From the NCBI GenBank assembly GCA_016933315.1, contig JAFGBE010000130.1, forward strand, positions 1 through 37,858: a stretch of 37,858 nt of DNA. The letters run 5' to 3'. The notes below the pieces were generated by a model. That model had not been told where the DNA came from, did not search any database, and worked only from the letters and a program-made list of their open reading frames with translations. Position 1 is the stretch's first letter; each line of letters opens with the position of its first letter. The DNA comes from Candidatus Auribacterota bacterium. Its GTDB lineage: Bacteria > Auribacterota > UBA6266. Below, piece after piece: positions 17,714 to 24,719 of this stretch. The position numbers were made by a program, and so were the translations under genes.

Positions 17714-18625
17714 ATGAATTTTTTAAAGAAAATAAAAAAAAATAAAACAGTTACTGATATCCGCAGGTATATTGTCTATATAGTTTCGATAACATCCTGT
17801 TTCATCGTGAGGATGCTCCCCTGGAAAATAGTTGTGAAAGCCGGAAAGGTTCTCGGGCTGTTCGCTTTCCATATTGTCCGCTACGCGAGAAAAAGGACAA
17901 TGGAGAACCTTGAAAAGGTCTTCGGGAAGGAAAAATCCGCCGGTGAGCTTCGCCTGATCGCGAAAAACGTGTATAAAAACATAGGGGTAACCTCCCTTGA
18001 ATTCCCCAAGATGCCTCATATGACGGATAGCGAGTTTTTTGCTGTTGCGGACTATAAAAAAGAGCAGATAGATTACCTGTGGGAACTTTTGAAGCATAAA
18101 AAAGGTGTGATTTTCGCCAGCGCCCATATGGGAAACTGGGAAATGCTCGCGGAATTCGGGGCGCGCCTCGGTTTTAATATGTCAATCCTGTTTAAACCTT
18201 CAACCAACCCTTATCTGAATAAGATATGGTTCAGCTTGAGAGGAAATAACAAGCTGATAGATATTTCAAAAGACCTGTCTTCTGTTGTCAGGAGGCTTCG
18301 CGCCAATGAAGTGATATGCCTGCTGTTTGACGAAAATGCGCGCAAGCGCGGGACTATGCTGGATTTTTTCGGCGCCCCGGCATCCACATACAGGGGCCCG
18401 GCGTATTTTGCGCTTAAAACCGGGTGCCCGGTAGTCTGCCTTTATTTTGTCAGGAGAAAGGAAGACGCGAGGCATAAATTTATTATCGAGCGGACTATCT
18501 GGCCGGAGAGGACCGGCGACCTGGAAAAGGATATGCTGGATATATTGAGGCAGATGAACGAAAGCCTGGAACAGGTTATCAGGCAGTATCCCGACCAGTG
18601 GAACTGGATTTATAAACGCTGGTAG
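17714..18625 (+). CDS. lysophospholipid acyltransferase family protein (LpxL/HtrB-type lipid A late acyltransferase family)
   Basis: 303 aa. N-terminal membrane anchor. Catalytic HX4E-type motif SAHMGNWEM. Downstream LLFDENA...FFG and a C-terminal YPDQWNW, all characteristic of the LpxL/LpxM/LpxP family. Confidence 0.75.
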   Translation: MNFLKKIKKNKTVTDIRRYIVYIVSITSCFIVRMLPWKIVVKAGKVLGLFAFHIVRYARKRTMENLEKVFGKEKSAGELRLIAKNVYKNIGVTSLEFPKMPHMTDSEFFAVADYKKEQIDYLWELLKHKKGVIFASAHMGNWEMLAEFGARLGFNMSILFKPSTNPYLNKIWFSLRGNNKLIDISKDLSSVVRRLRANEVICLLFDENARKRGTMLDFFGAPASTYRGPAYFALKTGCPVVCLYFVRRKEDARHKFIIERTIWPERTGDLEKDMLDILRQMNESLEQVIRQYPDQWNWIYKRW

Positions 18626-18640
18626 ATGTAAACGAGAGAT

Positions 18641-18720
18641 GAAAGACGAAGGACGAAAGACGTAAAAAAATAAAAAATTAATACGTCCCTCATCACAGCG
18701 GAGCGGACGTCTTACGTCTT
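18641..18720. repeat. Intergenic inverted-repeat element, family B (GACG-unit arrays)
   Basis: Left arm GAAAGACGAAGGACGAAAGACGTAA (18641-18665). A-rich spacer. Complementary units ACGTCC (18683-18688) and GGACGTCTTACGTCTT (18705-18720). It fills the gap between the convergent acyltransferase and ppsR genes. Confidence 0.65.
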
Positions 18721-18721
18721 G

Positions 18722-19519
18722 CTATTTTTTCCCAAGCAGCTTCAATACCATCGCGGCGTTTTCTTCGGTTGCTCTGTCGGTCACATCCAGTACGGGCCAG
18801 CCCATACCGGCATAAAATTTTTCCGCGGTTTTTATTTCTTCCGAGATGCTGCCCAGAAAAGAATACTTCCCTTCCTTCGACCTGTAGGATTTGGAGCGTT
18901 CCTTTCTTATGGAAAATAAAGTTTTGGGGTTAATGGTAAAGGCCGCGATTTTGTTTGATTTGATATCCCGCAGCTCTTTCGGCAGGGCGAAAACGGAAAC
19001 AAACGGGACGTTGGCGACTTTGTAGCCCTTGGTGGCCAGGTATATGGATGTCGGGGTTTTTGATGTCCTTGACACCCCGACCAGTATTATCTCGGCCCTG
19101 TCCAGGTCTTCGGGCCTCAGCCCGTCATCGTGTTTGATCGTGAAAACTATCGATTCCTGTTTTGAGATGTATTCGGTGTCGATTTCATGTATCCTGTTCA
19201 GGCTCCATATGGGTTTTATCCCTGTTGAGCGGACTATAAAATCCATGGCCCCGCCGGTCAGGTCGTAACTTGGTATTTTATGTTCGGCGGAAAACCGCTC
19301 TATCGTTTTTTTGAGTTCAGGAAAAATGGTAAGGTGGAATATCAGGGAATCAGGGGTTATTTTCTGCAGCGCATCATGCAGTTTTTGCGGCGTGTTGACA
19401 AAATTTTCGACTGCTATCTCGAAATTCTCCTTCGGAAGCTGGGTAAGTATCGAAGTTACAAAACGTTCTCCGAGATCCCCTGTGGCGTCGGATATAATAG
19501 TTATCCTGAATTTCTTCAT
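18722..19519 (-). CDS. ppsR: PEP synthase / pyruvate,phosphate dikinase regulatory protein (bifunctional kinase-pyrophosphorylase, DUF299)
   Basis: 265 aa. P-loop-like ILVGVSRTSKTPTSIYLA and the overall DUF299 layout. Confidence 0.85.
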   Translation of the reverse strand: MKKFRITIISDATGDLGERFVTSILTQLPKENFEIAVENFVNTPQKLHDALQKITPDSLIFHLTIFPELKKTIERFSAEHKIPSYDLTGGAMDFIVRSTGIKPIWSLNRIHEIDTEYISKQESIVFTIKHDDGLRPEDLDRAEIILVGVSRTSKTPTSIYLATKGYKVANVPFVSVFALPKELRDIKSNKIAAFTINPKTLFSIRKERSKSYRSKEGKYSFLGSISEEIKTAEKFYAGMGWPVLDVTDRATEENAAMVLKLLGKK

Positions 19520-19561
19520 AGGTATATATTATTAAATTCTTCGCTGTTTATAAATAAAATT

Positions 19562-19591
19562 AAAAAAACGCCCGGCATTTTTGCCGGGCGT
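19562..19591 (-). terminator. rho-independent terminator of the 19618-20211 gene
   Basis: On the minus strand: GAACGCCCGGCaaaaatGCCGGGCGTTTTTTT. An 8-10 bp GC stem followed by a 7-T run, 27 nt after the stop codon. Confidence 0.85.
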
Positions 19592-19617
19592 TCACGAGGG
19601 ATGGAAGGATCTGCCTG

Positions 19618-20211
19618 TTATTCGTACTTTACGTCGTCAATGTACAGGGTGATGCCCTCAGGATTGTCCATATAGCTGGAAACCCAGCAGAATCCTCCGC
19701 TTATGTAAGAAAGATCAAGTTCAGCAAGGTCTATTTCGTATTTTTTCCATTCTTTTGTAAGCTCGACAGGTCCTGTTGAAGCTGAATCACTGTCGCTGTA
19801 TTCGCCCGTGATTCCGCCGACCTTGAATTCAGCGATTTCGCCGCCGTTTTCGCCTCTTGCCCAGAAAATTACTTTCTTTGCTTTTACGAGGTTAAATCCG
19901 CCTTTAACTTTTCCCCAGTTGTTAGCGGGGTTTTGCCAGTAGATTCCAGCCCAGCCGGCTTTTACATCTTCGCCGGGATTGTAGCTGATCTTAATGCAAT
20001 GCTGGCCTGATTGAGGGTTGTCTTTCGCTGTGGGAGAAAACTTGATTGCGTGAAAGTCTCCCATCCAGCCTGAAGGGATGAAATGGTTTCCTCTTGCCAT
20101 GTTGTCGGAATAAACGGGAAAAGGCATTTCCTGTTCTGTTGCCGCTGTGGACACTGAATAAAAACCAAGTATTAATATCAGTGTTAGGGTTGCTATTGAC
20201 AGCTTTTTCAT
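19618..20211 (-). CDS. secreted beta-sandwich / carbohydrate-binding-module-like hypothetical protein
   Basis: 197 aa. Signal peptide MKKLSIATLTLILILGFYSVSTAA. Aromatic-rich GWAGIYWQNPANNWG and a terminal LYIDDVKYE resemble CBM/galactose-binding-like domains, but this is tentative. AGGAGGAA RBS. A sigma54 promoter lies upstream. Confidence 0.55.
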   Translation of the reverse strand: MKKLSIATLTLILILGFYSVSTAATEQEMPFPVYSDNMARGNHFIPSGWMGDFHAIKFSPTAKDNPQSGQHCIKISYNPGEDVKAGWAGIYWQNPANNWGKVKGGFNLVKAKKVIFWARGENGGEIAEFKVGGITGEYSDSDSASTGPVELTKEWKKYEIDLAELDLSYISGGFCWVSSYMDNPEGITLYIDDVKYE

Positions 20212-20253
20212 TTGTTCCTCCTTCCTGTTTTTTACAGCCGTTATTTATATAGA

Positions 20254-20268
20254 GCAAGTCTTGTGCCA
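20254..20268 (-). promoter_or_regulatory. sigma54 (-24/-12) promoter
   Basis: The minus strand reads TGGCAC-AAGAC-TTGC(T), matching TGGCAC-N5-TTGCW at all specified positions. The -12 element lies 43 nt upstream of the ATG at 20211. Confidence 0.75.
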
Positions 20269-20358
20269 TAACCTCAAAAAAACTTGGTATATGCTTTTAA
20301 TATCCTGTGGCATAATGAGATATGGCGTCGTTTTCTTTTAAACGGCAAAGTTTTTGTT

Positions 20359-20370
20359 AGTGTTAACACT
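20359..20370. promoter_or_regulatory. perfect 12-bp palindrome AGTGTTAACACT (candidate enhancer/operator)
   Basis: Read directly from the sequence. Its centre is about 98 bp upstream of the sigma54 -24 element, in the divergent region shared with lpd. Confidence 0.4.
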
Positions 20371-20515
20371 GATATGTGTCGATAATAACAACATATTAAA
20401 AAAACATGTGGTAATAACTGTCATAAGGTTCGTTTTTTTAGGTTTAGGAATAATATAGTTGCAATAAAGGCTTTTTTCTGACAAAATCTCTGGATTATCT
20501 TGAGAGGAGTGTGGC

Positions 20516-21889
20516 ATGCCTGATAAATTTGATTATGATGTAGTTGTAATAGGTTGTGGGCCAGCTGGTTATATCGGAAGCATAAAAGCATCCAGGCTGG
20601 GGCTTAAAACAGCCGTAATTGAGAGAGATGTTCCGGGCGGAGTCTGTGTAAATGTGGGTTGCATACCTACAAAATCCATTATTCATCATGCCAACATCTT
20701 TAATTCATCGGAAACGCTGAAAGATATGGGCGTTGAAGTGGGGACAGGCGGCTTTGATTATAGGAAAGTTTTTGAAAAATCAAGACAGGCTTCGGAAATG
20801 CTTTCCGGGGGCGTGCGGTACCTGCTCAAGCAGGCCGGAGTAGAGCTTATAAAAGGCAGCGCTTTTCTGAAATCAGGAAAAGAGATAGAGGTTGACGGAA
20901 AGCGAAGTATCACTTCCGATAAAATAATTATTGCCGCCGGTTCAAGGCCCAGGCCGGTTGAAGGATTCGACATTGATGAAAAACAAATACTGTCATCCAC
21001 CGGAGCTCTTATGCTGGAAAAGCTTCCGAAAAGCATACTGATAATCGGCAGCGGCGCGATAGGCGCGGAATTTTCGTATATAATGAATTCCTTCGGGGTT
21101 GAAGTCCACATTGCCGAAATCATGAACAGGATGCTGCCCCAGGAAGATGAGGAAGCATCGCTGGTGGTAAAAAGGTCTTTTGTGAAAAAAGGCATCAAAA
21201 TCTATACAGGAAGCGCGGCAGTGTTAGAGAACAGAGACGGGAATACACTTAAAGTCCGGGTAAAAAAAGCCGGGAAGGAAGAACATATTGCAGTTGAGAA
21301 AATACTTGTCGCCGCAGGCAGGATCCCGAACACGGAAAATATCGGGCTTGAAAATACAGCGGCCAAAACGGAAAAAGGGTTTATTTCGGTGGGAGATTAT
21401 TATCAGACCGATGAAAAGAATGTATTTGCCGTTGGAGACGTGATAAATTCTCCTCTTCTGGCGCACCTTGCCTCAAAAGAAGCTGAAGTCGCGGTGGATT
21501 ATATCGCGGGAAGGAGCCCTGTCAGGCGCGTGGATGCCTCGAATGTTCCGAAAGCGGTTTACTCGGAACCTCAGCTGGCGAGTTTTGGGCCTGCGGAAGA
21601 TGAACTGGCGAAAAGCGGGACAGACTATAAAAAAATTGTTTTCCAGTATAAAGCCTGCCCGAAGGCCGTTATTGAAGAGAAGACGGAAGGGTTAATCAAA
21701 ATCTTATATGACCCCTCAGGCGAGGGTATTTTTGGCGCCTGTATTGCGGGCGCGGAAGCTACCGAGCTGATACATGAACTTCTCCTGGCGAAAGCAAACG
21801 GGCTGAAGCTGAAGCGTATTGCGGATATGATCCACGCGCATCCTACTCTTTCGGAGATAATCATGGAAGCGGCGAAAGGCGTTGCCTGA
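20516..21889 (+). CDS. lpd: dihydrolipoyl dehydrogenase (E3)
   Basis: 457 aa. FAD fingerprint DVVVIGCGPAGY, redox-active disulfide GGVCVNVGCIPTKS, C-terminal HAHPTLSE. GAGAGGAG RBS. Confidence 0.9.
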   Translation: MPDKFDYDVVVIGCGPAGYIGSIKASRLGLKTAVIERDVPGGVCVNVGCIPTKSIIHHANIFNSSETLKDMGVEVGTGGFDYRKVFEKSRQASEMLSGGVRYLLKQAGVELIKGSAFLKSGKEIEVDGKRSITSDKIIIAAGSRPRPVEGFDIDEKQILSSTGALMLEKLPKSILIIGSGAIGAEFSYIMNSFGVEVHIAEIMNRMLPQEDEEASLVVKRSFVKKGIKIYTGSAAVLENRDGNTLKVRVKKAGKEEHIAVEKILVAAGRIPNTENIGLENTAAKTEKGFISVGDYYQTDEKNVFAVGDVINSPLLAHLASKEAEVAVDYIAGRSPVRRVDASNVPKAVYSEPQLASFGPAEDELAKSGTDYKKIVFQYKACPKAVIEEKTEGLIKILYDPSGEGIFGACIAGAEATELIHELLLAKANGLKLKRIADMIHAHPTLSEIIMEAAKGVA

Positions 21890-21899
21890 GCGGTTTGTT

Positions 21900-24719
21900 T
21901 TATTCTTCCGATAAGTCTTCTATATATTTCAGCGCCAGGTCCAGCGGCCAATCGATTCCTTTGGTATCTTTTACGCATTTTTCCATATATTCGACAGCCC
22001 TGTCAAAATCACCCTGAAAATAGAATTTTCTCCCTATAAAATAAGGAGGGTCGTTGTTGAATTCGCTTGTCCCGTTCGAAAAGACATTTTCCAGGTCTTT
22101 GTAGGAGAGCTGTCCCAGGTAAAAAAGGCTGATGGAATAAATCACTTCATAACCGGATTTCGCGAATTGATAATCCACCTCCTTCAGCAGGTGTTCGGCT
22201 TCGGATATATCATTTACGTCATAACAGACATCCGCGTGCCATATTAACGACCAGCCGTATTGCTCCTTCATATCGCTGTATTTTACCGTGCAGTCCTTCA
22301 GGGTATCGATGCACTTGCTTATATTTCCCATAAGCCTGTAGCAGTGTGAAAGGTCAATCTGGTTCCACGCGCATATGTATCTCTGGTCACCGTAAATCCT
22401 GTTTACTTTTTCGTATGCCGATACCGCGTCTTCAAAACGTTTCTGGTGCCTGTAGATGTTTGCCATTTTGTTTAAGGCGAGAGCGCACTGGGCCCTGTAG
22501 GGGCCGTAATACAGCAGGACGTTCTGGAACGCCAGCCTTGCCCTTGTCAGGTCTCCGAATTCAGTCCATGTTTCGCCTATTTGTACCTGTGTATCGCAAT
22601 AGAGGTTTTTGTGCTCGGGAAAGTTTGTTACCAGGAATGAGAGGTTTTCTTCGAGAGAAGCGATTTCTGAAGCCGAGATATCTTTTATATTTGACCGCAG
22701 GTCCTTTAGTTTCTGGTTAATGACGTTTGTATATGTGGATACTATATTGCTTAAGACCGCGTTCCTGGGGAAGATCCTGAGACATTCAAGGAAGACCCTG
22801 TCGGCTTCTTTTTCCATGCCCAGAGAAAGATAGCAGAGGCCTATGTGATACATTGAATGGGCCGCGAGGTCTTCGTATTCGGGGTATGAGTTGATGATTT
22901 TCTTGTATTCGTTTATTGCCTGGTAATACTGTTCCATTTTTTCATATGCTATTCCGATCCAGAATTGCCCGAGAGAAACTATCTCTTTCCTGTCATTATA
23001 CGTGCCGGTTATTTCGTTGAATTCGCTTATCGCCTCATTATACAGGCCCTTCTCCAGGAATTTTTCCCCTGCCACAAGCGGAGAGGTTTTTAAGGGCGAG
23101 CTTAATTTATACAGCTTGAAATTATCGAATCTGACATGGGAGCCCCATGTATCAAGCCCGGCGTACTGGTTTTCCATTGATATGAAAGGCATATAATCCA
23201 CTATCCTCAATATAAGCCTGTTATCTACAAAGAGCCTGACGTCTTTGCCCACTTTTTCCACCCGTATTTTATATTTTCTATTTGGTTCGACCTTCAGAAG
23301 CGAGGTCTGGTTCAGGATATTGGGCGCATAGCCTTTTGTTATGGCGGTCTTCTGGTTTTTCCATCCGCCTATGTGAAAGACATAACCCGCCGTTCTCGCC
23401 TCATCGCATATGAAGCATTGTATGTTGTTGTCATGCGGAGGCACAGTGTGCGCGTCGAATGTCATTTTCAGGTCGCCGGATACGGGAATCTTCTTGAGGA
23501 TTATAAATGCGTTCTCCCAGCTTTGAACGGATAGTTCCCCGTTTTCTATCTTCCACACCGAATGGTCTTCCTGAGTATCTATTTTTTTGTTTCCCGCGAA
23601 CGCTTCCCAGTTGGTTCCTATTTCCTTCCTGTTGAAGTCATCTTCAAAAATCGGCGTCCACTTTGCCATTTCAAGGATTTTCTGGCTTATTATATAACTG
23701 CCGCTGGAGATGCTTATTATTACGATTGCCGCGATTGCCATGGACAGGAATTTATATTTTCTTATCCTCCTTATCATCCTGTCAAAGGCGGTGGGCCTTC
23801 TCGCCAGGACGAGTTCGCCGTTCCGGAAGCGGTTGATATCGTCAATGAATTCGCGCACTGTCTGGTAACGTTTATCTGGAGACTTTTCTAACGCTTTTAA
23901 GATGACAGCTTCTATATCCACCGGTATTTCCGGGTTCGCTTTTCTGGGATATCTGGGGTCCTGCTCCACGATTTTTTTGATTATTTCCAGGTTGGAACGG
24001 CCTTTGAACGGGACTTCTCCGACAAGCATCCTGTAAAACAGCACGCCGAGAGAAAAAATATCGGAGCGCTTATCAAGTTTGTTCTTTAATTCCGGGTTTG
24101 CCTGTTCCGGAGACATATAGGAGGGCGTTCCTATCACTTTGTTTGATGTGATTTCTTCGGTCGCCTCGACTTTCGCGAGGCCGAAATCCGCTATTAAAGG
24201 GTGCCCTTCCTCATCTATTATTATGTTTGACGGCTTGATGTCCCTGTGTATTATGCCGTGTTCATGGGCGTAACTGAGCCCTTCCCCCACCTGGACTATT
24301 ATGTTCAGGGCTTCTTCAAGGGACATTTTTTCCTTCTTGAGTTTATCCTCGAGGGTTTTCCCCTGTATGTATTCCATTGCGTAAAAATAAATGTTTTTGT
24401 CCTTGCCGAATTCGAAGATGGTTACTATATTCGGGTGCCTTAACTGCGCCGCTGATGTTGCTTCTATCTCAAAACGCTTTACGATTTCGCTGAACGCGCT
24501 TAATGAAGCGGGAATTACTTTTATCGCGACCTTTCTTTTGAGCGAAGGCTGGTAGGCTTCATACACGACTCCCATGGCCCCGTGCCCGATAGAGTTGATT
24601 ATTTTGTAATCGCCTATTCTCTGCGGGATCTCCTGGTCTATCTCTAGCCCGGCGGGGATATTTACCGGCGGTTCCGTCTTATGGAGGCTCAGGTCGTCTT
24701 CGTTGAATTTATCATTCAT
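21900..24719 (-). CDS. transmembrane Ser/Thr protein kinase with concanavalin-like (DUF1080/LamG-like) and TPR ectodomain
   Basis: 939 aa. Hanks kinase motifs GHGAMGVVY, VAIKVI, HRDIKPSNIII, DFGLAK, GTPSYMSPEQ. One TM segment FLSMAIAAIVIISISSGSYII. A roughly 200-aa beta-rich module (VWKIENGELSV...VRFDNFKLYKL) is followed by multiple TPR-like repeats. Confidence 0.85.
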   Translation of the reverse strand: MNDKFNEDDLSLHKTEPPVNIPAGLEIDQEIPQRIGDYKIINSIGHGAMGVVYEAYQPSLKRKVAIKVIPASLSAFSEIVKRFEIEATSAAQLRHPNIVTIFEFGKDKNIYFYAMEYIQGKTLEDKLKKEKMSLEEALNIIVQVGEGLSYAHEHGIIHRDIKPSNIIIDEEGHPLIADFGLAKVEATEEITSNKVIGTPSYMSPEQANPELKNKLDKRSDIFSLGVLFYRMLVGEVPFKGRSNLEIIKKIVEQDPRYPRKANPEIPVDIEAVILKALEKSPDKRYQTVREFIDDINRFRNGELVLARRPTAFDRMIRRIRKYKFLSMAIAAIVIISISSGSYIISQKILEMAKWTPIFEDDFNRKEIGTNWEAFAGNKKIDTQEDHSVWKIENGELSVQSWENAFIILKKIPVSGDLKMTFDAHTVPPHDNNIQCFICDEARTAGYVFHIGGWKNQKTAITKGYAPNILNQTSLLKVEPNRKYKIRVEKVGKDVRLFVDNRLILRIVDYMPFISMENQYAGLDTWGSHVRFDNFKLYKLSSPLKTSPLVAGEKFLEKGLYNEAISEFNEITGTYNDRKEIVSLGQFWIGIAYEKMEQYYQAINEYKKIINSYPEYEDLAAHSMYHIGLCYLSLGMEKEADRVFLECLRIFPRNAVLSNIVSTYTNVINQKLKDLRSNIKDISASEIASLEENLSFLVTNFPEHKNLYCDTQVQIGETWTEFGDLTRARLAFQNVLLYYGPYRAQCALALNKMANIYRHQKRFEDAVSAYEKVNRIYGDQRYICAWNQIDLSHCYRLMGNISKCIDTLKDCTVKYSDMKEQYGWSLIWHADVCYDVNDISEAEHLLKEVDYQFAKSGYEVIYSISLFYLGQLSYKDLENVFSNGTSEFNNDPPYFIGRKFYFQGDFDRAVEYMEKCVKDTKGIDWPLDLALKYIEDLSEE

